Assembly (NCBI GenBank): GCA_963822965.1
Contig: CAWGJT010000007.1
Coordinates: 45,865 to 109,864, forward strand
Source: an uncultured delta proteobacterium
GTDB taxonomy: Bacteria; Myxococcota_A; UBA9160; UBA4427
DNA length: 64,000 nucleotides
Direction of reading: 5' to 3'
Shown here: positions 44,113 through 54,359 of the stretch, in pieces
Numbering within the stretch: position 1 is the first letter of the stretch
Layout: every line of letters begins with the position of its first letter
Made by a program: the position numbers and the translations under genes
Notes under the pieces: model-generated
Seen by the model: the letters and a program-made list of their open reading frames with translations, nothing else
Told to the model about the DNA's origin: nothing
Databases searched by the model: none

Positions 44113-44193
44113 ACAGGACGGACAAGTCGCGTTCTTGGCGAAGGTCCGAGTAGGAGCCTTATGTCAATCGCCCTCCGGGGTCCGGCGGCGGGG
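44113..44193 (+). repeat. oriIS-like/dif-like module copy 4: AGGTCCGAGTA-GGAGCC-TTATGTCAATC at 44142-44169
   Basis: Near-identical to copy 3, with the same 6-bp central region. Confidence 0.88.
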
Positions 44194-44227
44194 CTCTCCG
44201 GCTGAGACGACCCGGGAGGCGACGCAC

Positions 44228-44896
44228 ATGTCCCTGATCGCGGATCTCTTCGGACGCTCGCCGATCCGGCCCATGCAGCGCCACATGGAGGCGGCGGTGG
44301 GCTGCGCGCGCGAGGTGCTGCCCCTGGTCGAGGCGATGGCCGCGGGCGACGTCGCCGGCATCGCCGCCTGCCGCGCCCGGATCGACCAGCTCGAGCACGA
44401 AGCGGACCGGATCAAGAACGAGATCCGCAGCCACCTGCCCAAGCGCCTCTTCATGGCGGTCGAGCGCCGGGACATGCTCGAGATCCTCGACTACCAGGAC
44501 CCCATCGTCGACAAGGCCCAGGACGTGGCGGAGCTGGCCGACCTGCGGGCCATGACCCTGTCCCCGGACCTGGCGGCACCCGTGCTGGATCTCGTGCGGC
44601 GGGTGGTGAGCGCCCGCGAGCAGGCCGAGCGCATCGTGAACGAGCTCGACGAGCTGGTCGAGACCGGGTTCCACGGGCGCGAGGTGACGCGCGTCGAGGA
44701 GATGATCGACCAGCTGGGGCGGATCGAGAGCGACACCGACGACCTGGCCGACCGCGCGGTACGCCAGATCTTCGCCCGCGAGGCCGAGCTGGGCGTCGCG
44801 ACCGTCTTCCTCTACGACTGGGTGGGCTGGATCGGCGACATGGCGGGCTATTCTGAACGCGTCGGGAACCGGCTCCGGCTCCTGATCGCGCGTTGA
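44228..44896 (+). CDS. TIGR00153/DUF47 family phosphate transport regulator
   Basis: LFGRSPIRPMQRHM, LEHEADRIKNEIRSHLPKRLFMAVER. Confidence 0.85.
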   Translation: MSLIADLFGRSPIRPMQRHMEAAVGCAREVLPLVEAMAAGDVAGIAACRARIDQLEHEADRIKNEIRSHLPKRLFMAVERRDMLEILDYQDPIVDKAQDVAELADLRAMTLSPDLAAPVLDLVRRVVSAREQAERIVNELDELVETGFHGREVTRVEEMIDQLGRIESDTDDLADRAVRQIFAREAELGVATVFLYDWVGWIGDMAGYSERVGNRLRLLIAR

Positions 44897-44915
44897 CGGC
44901 GGCCGGCTAGCTTAG

Positions 44916-45968
44916 CTAGGGCTGGGGGTCGCGGCTTGTTCGGCGGGGCTGGACAGCGGGGCCGGCCCCGGGCGCCGCGGCCCAGCCGGCGCCCCGAATG
45001 GCCGCCACGGTCAAGCGCATCCGGTCCAGCCGGTGCGCGACGTAGCCATGCGATCGGCCGTCGATCCAACCAGGCTCCTCGATCGCCAGCCGTTCCCAGA
45101 AGGGAATCGCGGCCCGCACGTCGTAGCCGGCCCGGGCCGCGAGCTCGAGCCCCAGGTCGTCCGCCGCCAGCTCGAGCCCCACGATCTGCGCCTGGTGGTA
45201 GGCGTGGCGTCGGCGACTCGCCTCGCGCGGGTCGCCAGCCGTTTCCAGCGGACCATGGGCGACGAGGTGCGCCAGCACCATGGCCAGCTCGTCCTCCGAC
45301 CGCGTCAGGTCCATCACGCCCCGGCTCACCGTGATCGTGTAGAGCCACCGGTCGGGAGATCGCTCGACCCGCAGGCCCTCGCTCGCCAGGAGGATGTCGT
45401 CCACCTCCTCGAGCGCGACGCGGTCGCGGCAGCCTGGGACCGGCTCGACCGTGAGATCCAGCGAACCCTCTCCCCGCCGCACCCGGATCGTGAACGGATC
45501 GGCCCCCGGGACGACGTCCTCGGCGATGCGCTTCTCGAGGGCGTCGGCGTCCCGGATCTCGCGTCCGTTGACGGCCACGATGCCATCGCCCACGCGGGCC
45601 CCCGCCCGGGCCAGGGGAGAGTCCGGCGCCAGCGCTGCGATCGTCTGCTCCTCGCCGAGATCGAACACCCGCTCGGCAGCGCGCCGGAGGATCGGATCGC
45701 GCCGGTAGTCCGCCGGGTCCACGAGGTACGCCCCCAGCAGCGCCACCACGTTGGGCCGGCACGCCAGAGCCCCCGCCCGACGAACCCGCTCGCTCACCCG
45801 GATCAGCTCGTCCCAGCGCTCCCGACTCTCCTCGAGGGCCGCCACGACGAATGCCACCCGGGTGTCCTCGGCGATGTCCCGGTCTCGCTGACCGGGTCGG
45901 TCGAGGCGAGGCGCGCACGCGAGCGCGACCGCCAGGGCCGCCAGGCCCGAGGCGAGCCGGCGCGTCAT
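44916..45968 (-). CDS. PDZ + M48-like lipoprotein lacking the catalytic Glu (HLVAH)
   Basis: Lipobox ALAC, PDZ SPLARAGARVGDGIVAVNG, EDELAMVLAHLVAH, ELAADDLG. Confidence 0.7.
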   Translation of the reverse strand: MTRRLASGLAALAVALACAPRLDRPGQRDRDIAEDTRVAFVVAALEESRERWDELIRVSERVRRAGALACRPNVVALLGAYLVDPADYRRDPILRRAAERVFDLGEEQTIAALAPDSPLARAGARVGDGIVAVNGREIRDADALEKRIAEDVVPGADPFTIRVRRGEGSLDLTVEPVPGCRDRVALEEVDDILLASEGLRVERSPDRWLYTITVSRGVMDLTRSEDELAMVLAHLVAHGPLETAGDPREASRRRHAYHQAQIVGLELAADDLGLELAARAGYDVRAAIPFWERLAIEEPGWIDGRSHGYVAHRLDRMRLTVAAIRGAGWAAAPGAGPAVQPRRTSRDPQP

Positions 45969-46891
45969 GGCTCGCGGTACTCCGGGACCAGGGGCTCCCC
46001 CCGTTCCCGCTTGTCCCGGATCTCGCGCGCCGTGGCCTCGAGGGCCTGGATGCGCGCGGGATCCGTGGGATGCGAACGCCTCACGTGATACAGGTCGTCC
46101 CAGACGTCCAGGCGGGAGCGACGAAGCCAGAGGGCCGCCGCCTGGCCCGGATCGTATCCTCCGCGCGCCGCCAGATAGCTCCCGAGGTAATCGGACTCGG
46201 CCTCCCAGCGCGGCTCGAACGCGAACCCGAGATGCTTCAGGATGTTGTGTGCGAGCTCGTGTCCGAGGATCGACGCGAGCTCGTCGTCGCTCTGGACGAA
46301 GCGCATCATGCCCGTGGTGACCACGACGTGGTGGTGGAAGCCGAAGGCGTTCACCTCCGAGGACAGGTACAGCGACGGGGCCTCCTCGCAACCCTGCACG
46401 TTCTCGACCGAGACGACGTGCTTCGCTCCCTCCCGCGCGAACTCGACGTCGAAGCGGGTCCGGGACGGGTCGACCCGGAGACCGCGGACGTCGTCCGGCT
46501 CGTCGACCCCCTTCCCGTCGATCCGCAGCAGCAGGTCGCCCTCTCGCAACCCGGCGCGATCGGCCGCCAGGCCCTCGACGACGGCGAAGATCCGCGGGCG
46601 GTCGCTCCGCGCGAGGCGGGCCCGCGCGGCGAAGTCCCTGTAGTCGATGTCCTCCTGGGCGAAGAATGCGACGCCCAGAACCGCGTACGTGGCGTCGCAC
46701 AGCTCGCCGGCGGCCGTCCGCACTCGCGCCGCGATCCGGACGAGCCGGACCGCGCGCTCCTTGAAGCGCGCGAGCGCTGCGGCCGTCAGCCGCTCCTCGT
46801 CCGGCAGCCGCGACTCTGCCGCGAGTGCGGCGCGCGGAGACGCCGTTCCGAGGACGAGGGTCAGGCTCGCCGCGGCCAGGATCCGCATCAT
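45965..46891 (-). CDS. PDZ + M48 metallopeptidase
   Basis: AADRAGLREGD, VNAF, DDELASILGHELAH, EAESD, SHP. Confidence 0.82.
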   Translation of the reverse strand: MMRILAAASLTLVLGTASPRAALAAESRLPDEERLTAAALARFKERAVRLVRIAARVRTAAGELCDATYAVLGVAFFAQEDIDYRDFAARARLARSDRPRIFAVVEGLAADRAGLREGDLLLRIDGKGVDEPDDVRGLRVDPSRTRFDVEFAREGAKHVVSVENVQGCEEAPSLYLSSEVNAFGFHHHVVVTTGMMRFVQSDDELASILGHELAHNILKHLGFAFEPRWEAESDYLGSYLAARGGYDPGQAAALWLRRSRLDVWDDLYHVRRSHPTDPARIQALEATAREIRDKRERGEPLVPEYREP

Positions 46892-46952
46892 GGAACGGAG
46901 TTTCGCGCGCCTCCGCACGGCTCGCACCCCGCGGCGGCGGCCCGAACCGGAG

Positions 46953-47375
46953 CTACCCTCGCAGCTCCACCCGCTCGAGGAAGCCCAATGATCCGGGAAT
47001 CCGATTCGCCACCGCGACGTACTGAAGGGCGTCCTCGCGGGAGATTTCGTTGACTCCCACGTGTGCTGCTTCGTTCCGGAGCATGCGGAGGTCACGCGCA
47101 GCACTGGCTGCTGACGGGACGAGGGCGCCCTTGAAGTCCAGATAGTCAACTGGTCGGCGAAGAGGCTCCTTGTAGGTCTCATCCTTCGGGACGAGCTGAC
47201 TGACTTTGGCTTGGGCCGCCTGTTCAAGCTCCTTCCATGCTTCGATCACCGCCGATGCCGGCGACACACCGACCAGCGCGTAAATCTGACTCCTTTCCTC
47301 CGAAGTGCCCGATTGAAGGAGGGCAGGATCGCCGACATCCGCGCTGACCTCCGCGAGCTTCTTTGACCAGCTTAT
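46953..47375 (-). pseudogene. HEPN-like domain fragment (RxxxxH), 5' truncated
   Basis: SPASAVIEAWKELE...LRMLRNEAAH; visibly lower GC; no convincing start. Confidence 0.5.
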
Positions 47376-47540
47376 GACGCGATGGATTGCGTAGTGGGCA
47401 GGAAATTCGCAGGGATGCGGGATTGCCAAGCTCTACTGAATGTTGAAACCTGATTTCTCCTCTGACACATGCCACTGCCACCACGAGCCGTCGGTGCCAT
47501 GGTCGTCAGCAGATCACGAGTTGAACAGGTAGATGAAATC

Positions 47541-48380
47541 ATGATGCGTATGTTCCTCATGCTGGGCTGGTCGTGTTTATCGGCGCATGTGCCGACGACG
47601 TCCAGCCGATCCAGTACGAACCGGTCCCGCCGTCGATCCTGACCCCCGACCGAGTTGAGACCCGCCTGGGGACCCTCGCGTTTTTCGACGGCTATCCGAG
47701 CGCAGAGACCGTCGACGCGGTATACGACAACCTCGATTTCCAGCGCGGCGTTCGTGCGTTTCTCGATGGCCTGCCCATCGCCTCGCTACACGCGATGCGC
47801 GAGGGCCTGCGTGAGGTGGGCGCTGTGAACGGCACGGTCGGCATCTTCGAGACCCTGATGGACCCGCGGACACTGTTTCTGACGGCCAACACGGAGAGCG
47901 TCTATGCGGTGACGTGGCTCGATCTGAAGGACGGTCCGATGGTGGTGGAGAGCGCACCCAACACCCTTGGCATCCTCGACGACTTCTGGTTCGGGCACGT
48001 GACGGACCTGGGTAACGCCGGCCCGGACCGGGGGCAGGGCGGCAAGTTCCTCATCCTGCCGCCCGGCTACGAGGGCGAGGTGCCCGACGGCTACCATACG
48101 TTCACCTCGCGGACCTACGGCAACTGGCTCATCTGGCGCGGCTTCCTTGAGGATGGCGACCCGAAGGCGGCGGTGGCGAACCTCAAGGCGCACACGCGTA
48201 TCTACCCGCTGGCGCAGCGCGATGCACCGCTCGCCACGGAGTTCGTCAACCTGTCGGGCAAGTCCTTCAACACCATTCATGCCAACGACCTGACGTTCTA
48301 CGAGGAGGTCCACGCTGTGCTGCAGGAGGAGCCCGTCGACGCCCTCGATCCCGAGTATCTCGGCCTGCTGGCCGCCACGG
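47541..48380 (+). pseudogene. DUF1254 family protein, N-terminal half, truncated
   Basis: TPDRVETRLGTLAFFDGYP, LTANTESVY, DLGNAGPDRGQGGKFLILPPGY; reading becomes shadow-like after ~48380. Confidence 0.75.
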
Positions 48381-48523
48381 GGCTCTATCCGGCTCCGATT
48401 CCCGCGGCTACCCGCCGTGTTGGCCCCGATCCTCTCCTGTTCCAGGCCTTCGACGCAGAGCCTCGGGCGGAGGGGGGTGAAGAGGCCGCAGTCGAACCCG
48501 CGACCGAGCTGGTGCACCCTGGC

Positions 48524-49363
48524 TCATTCCGCCTTTTCGAACACCTGGATGTCTTGCTCGCTGCGAAGGGCTTCGATGCGCTTCCGGAAGGCCTGCTGCC
48601 CGGCGCGCATGCGCAGCGAACGCGCGACCCGCTCGTGCGCGTCCTCGTAGGGAACCGGTGCTGCGGGCAGGATCTCCACCAGCTCGATCACGCCGAAGCC
48701 CTCCTCGGGCGAGCCGGCGACGGCGCGTTCGCCCGGCGTTGCCAGCGTCAGCGCCTCGGGCAGTACCTTGGCGGGAAGCCGCCGGATCGCCGCGGGCCCG
48801 ATCGTCTCGACGCCAGGGGCCGCCGCCCCGGCCGGCCCGGCGAACAGCGCCTCGGCCTCGGCCCGGGAGCTGGCGGGCGTGAAGCGCAGGGTGAGCTGCG
48901 TCTCACGGTAGTTCGCCTTGGTCGCCTCGTAGGCGGCACGCACCTCTTCTTCGGTGGGCGCCGCCGCGTCGGCGACCTGCGCGAAGAGGGCATCCCGCAA
49001 CAGGGCTTCCTCGCGCACCATGGCCTCGCGACGCACCTCGGCGATCGCCGCCGCGAGCTTCGGGTCGGCACCGGCGAGATCGAGCTGTCGGGCCTCGTCC
49101 GCTGCGAGAACGCGCGTGATGGCCTCCTCGAGCTGACGGCGCCGACCTGCGGCGTCGGGGGCCGGGGCCCCGAGCTCGGCGGCCCGCAGCTCGCGTTGCC
49201 CGATGCGCGCGACCACCGGCGAGGTGTCGGCGCTGGAATCCGGCGGCGGGGGCTCTGCTGGCGAGCACGCGAGCATGCCCAGGAGGATACCCGTGGCGAC
49301 GATGTGGATGCCTTGCTTGCTTCCGCGAGGCAAGTGCGTCTCCCTCCAGTTCACTTTCGACAT
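48524..49363 (-). CDS. PrsA/PpiC-like foldase lipoprotein (degenerate PPIase)
   Basis: Lipobox MLAC, VVARIGQRE, PTEEEVRAAYE, PYEDAHERV. Confidence 0.6.
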   Translation of the reverse strand: MSKVNWRETHLPRGSKQGIHIVATGILLGMLACSPAEPPPPDSSADTSPVVARIGQRELRAAELGAPAPDAAGRRRQLEEAITRVLAADEARQLDLAGADPKLAAAIAEVRREAMVREEALLRDALFAQVADAAAPTEEEVRAAYEATKANYRETQLTLRFTPASSRAEAEALFAGPAGAAAPGVETIGPAAIRRLPAKVLPEALTLATPGERAVAGSPEEGFGVIELVEILPAAPVPYEDAHERVARSLRMRAGQQAFRKRIEALRSEQDIQVFEKAE

Positions 49364-49368
49364 CACTT

Positions 49369-52300
49369 CTATGGCAGGAGTAGGCCCGCGTCCCAGCCGA
49401 AGGAAGCTGCTACGAGGGGAGGCGGTTCGGGGGGCGCTTCGGGGTCTGGCGGGGGGATGGCCAGGAACGGCATCACTGGCTCTCGGGGCAGGGCCATCGG
49501 ATCGGAGACGTCGACGAAGGACAGCCGCTGTGTCGCAGCATCCAGCAAGGCGAGCACGCTTCCGTCGGGCGACCAGGCGCTCTCTGCCCGCATCGTATTG
49601 GGAAGACCGAGCGCGACGTCGTGCACCTCGTCGTCCTGGCCCTCGAGCATCTCCAGATAGAGGAGATCGCTGGTGGGACCCGGGACCGCGTTGTACTGGG
49701 GATTCAGGTTGTGGAGGCAGGACACCCGCACCCTTCGCCTCGGGGTACCGTTCACGAGAACGGAGTCGATGCGAGCCCCACCAACGCGCTGGATCGCTCC
49801 AGCCGAGGGCGGGCAGGCGGGCCGTTGGCTCGAGGGGAACAGCGGATCGCTGATGTCGGCCGCGCACGCGACGAGGCCTCGCGCAGCCCCGGCAGACTGG
49901 GCGTCGAGCACGTCCGTGTAGACCGCCTCGACCTCGGTGCCCTGATCCACGAGCGTGGCACGGAACACGCTGTCCGCCGAGCGACCGAACTGCATCTGGG
50001 ACTGGCTGACCAGGTCCCAGGTCGCCTGCGTGCACTCTGCGGTCACCAACGCCTCGCTCTCCGAGATCGGCACCAGCCGCTTGGGCTCGCCGCAGCGCTC
50101 CATCTCCACCACGTCGGCAGACGGCATGTCCAGGATCGCGATCGCGCCTCGGCTGGTGACGGGCCGGGAGGACGTGGCCGAGAACGGTTGGTTCGGATCG
50201 CGCACGTAGGCCCGCAGCCCCTCGCGCCGCCGACCCCTTCGGGCGCGAAGATCAACGTTCCGGACGGCGTCGCCGTGGCCTGGGCGGAGGCGAAGCTCAG
50301 ATGGTCGTAGCGGCTGTCGGGAGCGGGACCGAGGTACCCGGTCTTGGATGGGTCGGTCGCGGCGGCACGATCGAGGAGGTAGAGGTCGGTCTGGGTCCCG
50401 GTCCGGAAGAGCGGCTCGTCCTGGTCGGCCGGCACGGTCTCGTCGGAGCGCACTGCGAGCAGGCCGGTTCCGGGAATCGCCACCGGGAAGCTCACATCGA
50501 TCTGGCTCCCGATCGTCGTCCGGAGACGGGCGGTCAAGTTGTCCGGCGTACCCATGACGAAGCCATCTTCGGGATTCACCGACAAGCGCAGCAGGTCGAC
50601 CTGCTCGCTCTCGTCGTCGGTGCCGGGAGTCAGGTGGTCGATCACCACGGCCGGATGGATGCGTCGGATCGCGACCACGAAGTCCTTGCTGCCCGAGTCG
50701 AACTGCGCGCGGGTGCCCGGCTTCCCGCGCTGTCCCAGGGCGCCGCGCACCAGGATCGAGAAGCTGTCGCGGATCGCTGCCGGCTCGTCGAGTGCCTCTG
50801 GAAGGTGGCAAAGGAAGGCGCTGGCCGGGCCGACCTCCCCGGAGTTCGGCGCAGGGGCAAGCACCTCCTCGTTCGACTCCGAATCGCAATGGATCGGGAC
50901 GACGACCCTTCGTAGCCGCTCCGTCTGCTGGTCGAGCGTGTCGTAGGCAAGCTCGACCGCGGAGGGGTCGAACTGCAGAGGCAAGAGCGAGGCGTTGGCG
51001 AGCCGGAACGAGTCCTCGCTCTCCGGGATCACCTCGAGTCTCGGCGACAGCTGGCTGATGAGGAAGGCCGTGGTCATCCGGATCACGCGCGGCCAGATCA
51101 GCTCGAGGTAGTCGCGCTGCACGGTCTCGTCCACGACGGTCGCCATCCAGGGCCAGACCGCCTTCGGGAGCGAGTTGACGAAGGTTCGCGAGTGGAAGCG
51201 GCAGCGGGCCAGATGCGGCACCGCCCGCGACGAGTAGTAGACGTCGCGCTCGCCCGTGAACTCGCCCGTCGCCAGAGAGCGCACGGGGAGCTCCGCAATG
51301 GACACGCGCTCGTCGCCCGATCCGATGGAGTCGCCGACGTCGCCGCAGCCGGGTACGAGGGGAAGCGCATAGCCGTCGGAGGAGGTCTCGTCCTCGATGG
51401 ACCCGGCGCTGAAGAAATGCGTGTCGACGTACTCCGCCAGCCCCCCACCGGTCGGCTCGGTGAACGGATCCTCGTCGAACAGGTCCCCGACCTCGCGGCG
51501 CCGCAGCGCGTCGAGGCTTTCGAGACCCAGGGATGAATCGAACGATGTGAGGTCCAGACCCTGGCCCGCGGGCGTTGTCGCGTACTGCTGGAGCTTCTCG
51601 TAGGGGATCGAGGTGTCGCCCATCAGGGCGGACAGCACGGAGTCGGCGACGAGCGTGCCTCCGACCTGCTGGCGCGGTGCATCTTCCAGGCTCACGAGGT
51701 GGAGGAGATTGGGTACCACCACGTGGTCCCACTTGAAGTCGTTGCGGGTGTGGGCCACGCTGCCCATGTCCTGCAGTAGATGAAGGACGTGCCCGACTGC
51801 CAGAACGTAGAGGGCCGTGAAGCTCTCGCGCTCGTCTGCGTAGGGTGCCGTGACGGCGCGGTAGAGGTAGCGTTCGGCGTCCGGCAGGGCGAAGAGGTTC
51901 CGAGGGCCCTCGTCGGAGGCGGGCACGCCATCTCTCGGCGTGTTGAGCGCCCGATCCACGGCCGAGAGTCCCTGCAGGTCGAAGTTGCCCAGGTTTCGCT
52001 CCTCCGAGTGCCAGCCGAGGCGCTGGGCGAGCCCCTCGAGGAACTCCTTCCAGCGGCCGCCCCGGAAGAACAGGGTGATCGTATCTGCGACGAGGGCGTC
52101 CAGGCCAAGCAGGACGGGCTCCTGGTTGTCGAGCCCGTGGTTGCCGGGGATCACGTGCTGCTTCACGGGATCGTGGAAGTGGTGTTGGGCGCGAGCATTC
52201 GGGTTGTCCTCGGCGAAAGTGCCGAGCTCGATCCAGGTCTGCACGGAGAAGCGGCAGAGCGCCTCGACGCAGGCGGCGTGGGCCTCTCCGTCGGGACAGC

Positions 52301-52694
52301 GCGGGTTCAGGACCACAGCGATCGTGTCCGAGGGGAAGCGCGGACTCGAGGGATCGTCCTCGAGCCAGTTGAGGTTGTCGGTGAGGCGGCTTCCCTCCCA
52401 GCTGCGCTGGATCGGATCGCAGTTCTGTGGATCGGGTGCCTGGGACTCGAGCGTCGTCGGCTGGATGTCGGGATCGACCCGAATCGGATCGAAGCCGAGC
52501 TGCAGGGCAAGAAGCGAATTGGTGCCGTCCGCCAGGTCGAGGACCTGATGCAGGTAGCGCGCGAGCGGTTGTTCGGCTCTCGCCTCGGTCAACGCCTCCC
52601 TCGCTAGGCGCTCGTGCGCAGCGAAGTTGTCCCAGGCCACGGCCGGACGGCCCAGGATCGCGATCAGTGCTGCTGCCAGAACACAAGCCCTCAT
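49369..52694 (-). CDS. large secreted protein with N-terminal Zn-dependent phospholipase C/P1-nuclease-like domain (frameshift near 50225)
   Basis: Signal peptide then W..H (AWDNFAAH), HHFHDP, GHVLHLLQDMGSVAHTRND; C-terminus in ORF 49369..52686. Confidence 0.65.
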
Positions 52695-52704
52695 GAGGAC
52701 TTCC

Positions 52705-53265
52705 CTACCTGCCGACGCAGACGTGATCGGGGCCGTAGAACACGTTGCAGCAATGGATGTACCCGGCCCTGTCGAAGATGCCTCCGCACACGGTTGCCCA
52801 CCCGCTTCTGCTGGAGAGCGCTCGAAGTGTCCGGCGATCCGCCACCGCCTCCCACTCGATGTGCCCGGAGTCGTCGCCGATCTTGCGGGCGTTCTGGGCC
52901 CGGCCGTAGTCCGGATGGATTACCACGATCCCGGGCTCGTCCGAGAACTGCTCCCAACGCTGGATGTCCGGCGGTACCGGCGTGTCCTCTGCAGGAAAGG
53001 CGAAGTGACCCCGCTCGTCCGTCGTCGTCCAGCGTGTCCCATAGAAGACAGACGCGCCGGAGTGGCCCACGTAGTTCGTGGCCGCGAAGCGCGAGACGAA
53101 CACCTCGGCGCCGATGACGGGCTTGCCCGTCTCGTGGTCGATCACGCGACCCGCGATCTCGGGGGTGTAGACGACCCGCGTGGGCATCGTCCAGCAGGAG
53201 GGCGCGAGCAGCACCACCAGCGCCAGGGGTGCGAGCACGGAGCTCAGTAGTCGTAGATCTGCCAT
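52705..53265 (-). CDS. lipoprotein with carboxypeptidase-regulatory-like domain
   Basis: Lipobox APSC, GRVIDHETGKPVIGAEV, TTDERGHFAFP. Confidence 0.7.
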   Translation of the reverse strand: MADLRLLSSVLAPLALVVLLAPSCWTMPTRVVYTPEIAGRVIDHETGKPVIGAEVFVSRFAATNYVGHSGASVFYGTRWTTTDERGHFAFPAEDTPVPPDIQRWEQFSDEPGIVVIHPDYGRAQNARKIGDDSGHIEWEAVADRRTLRALSSRSGWATVCGGIFDRAGYIHCCNVFYGPDHVCVGR

Positions 53266-54332
53266 GTTCCGTCCTCTGCGCGGATCAGGGTGACTGGGAA
53301 GCGCCGGAGCTTCGGGCCGGTCGGAGTCTGCTCCATGGCCTCGATCCGCACGATCGCGCGATCCTCTCCGAGCAGATCGATGCTGAGGCTCCCCATCGCA
53401 GCGGCATCCAGCTGCAGGTTCGGGCCGAGGTCCGAGTAGATCTGTGCGAACAGGCGGCGCTGCAGCGGATGGATCAGCTCGAGCGCAGCGTCGATGTCCT
53501 CGGCCATCAGACGATCCTTCAAGCTCTGTACCACCGGTAGCGGAGACTGCACCGGAAGGTCGATTTCCACCACCTCCACCCCATCGGCCACGTAGATCGA
53601 GGGAACCTCGCGCCGGAATCCCGCCTGCACCGCGAGCGGATGCAACGCGATCCCTTCGGTCGCTGCTCGCTGGAGGTTCCAGCCTGCGCTCAGCTCGAGC
53701 ACCGCGTTCGCCGACGCATCGGCGACGATCACCCCGCCCTCGAAGGGAGCGACGTCGATGGGACCCCGAATGCGGGTGAAGTCTCCCGAGACGGCCAGCC
53801 CGCGCGGCAGGGCCAGCGAGCCCTGGCCGCTCGCACGCACGACGAGCTCGCGCAGTCCGGCGCTGGGGCTCGTCACCAGCAGGCCCTCGCCCGCCCGCGC
53901 CGCGAGCCCTCGCGGCGCGGGCAAGGAGACCCGCGCGCGCGGGGCGCCGCTACGTGTGAAGACCTGGATGCGGTCGTTGCCCGTGTCCGACACGTAGACG
54001 AAGTCGTCGTCGACCGCGATCCCCCGCGGCCCGCTCAGCTGTCCGGGTCCGTTGCCACTGCTCCCGATCGTGGCCAGCCAGGTGCCGTCGCTCGAGAAGA
54101 CCTGGATGCGATCGTTGCCGGTATCGGCCACGTAGATGCGGCCATCCGGAGCTACCGCCAGGGCCTGGGGGCCCGAGAGCTGCTGCGGCCCGGCTCCGCT
54201 GCTGCCGAAGCTCGCCAGCGGGGTCCCGTCGCGGTCGAAGCGCTGCACCCGGGCTCCCGCCCCGTCGAGAACCCAGAGGTTTCCGCCGGGGGCGGGAGCG
54301 AGGTCCACGGGATTGCCGGAGGCGAAGACCAT
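53244..54332 (-). pseudogene. NHL-repeat beta-propeller protein, 5' truncated at the module tip
   Basis: GPQALAVAPDGRIYVADTGNDRIQVF repeats; begins abruptly at the ori-like end. Confidence 0.75.
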
Positions 54333-54359
54333 AGGACGAACAAGCCCGGTTCTGAGTTG
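54331..54359 (+). repeat. module copy 5, ori-like left part
   Basis: ataggacgaacaagcccggttctgagttg, identical to 61808-61836. Confidence 0.85.

Noticed and set aside
48378..48398. ggctct(a/g)tccggctccg shared with ~30157 as a terIS-like end
   Set aside because: Short GC-rich match with only two instances; could be chance.
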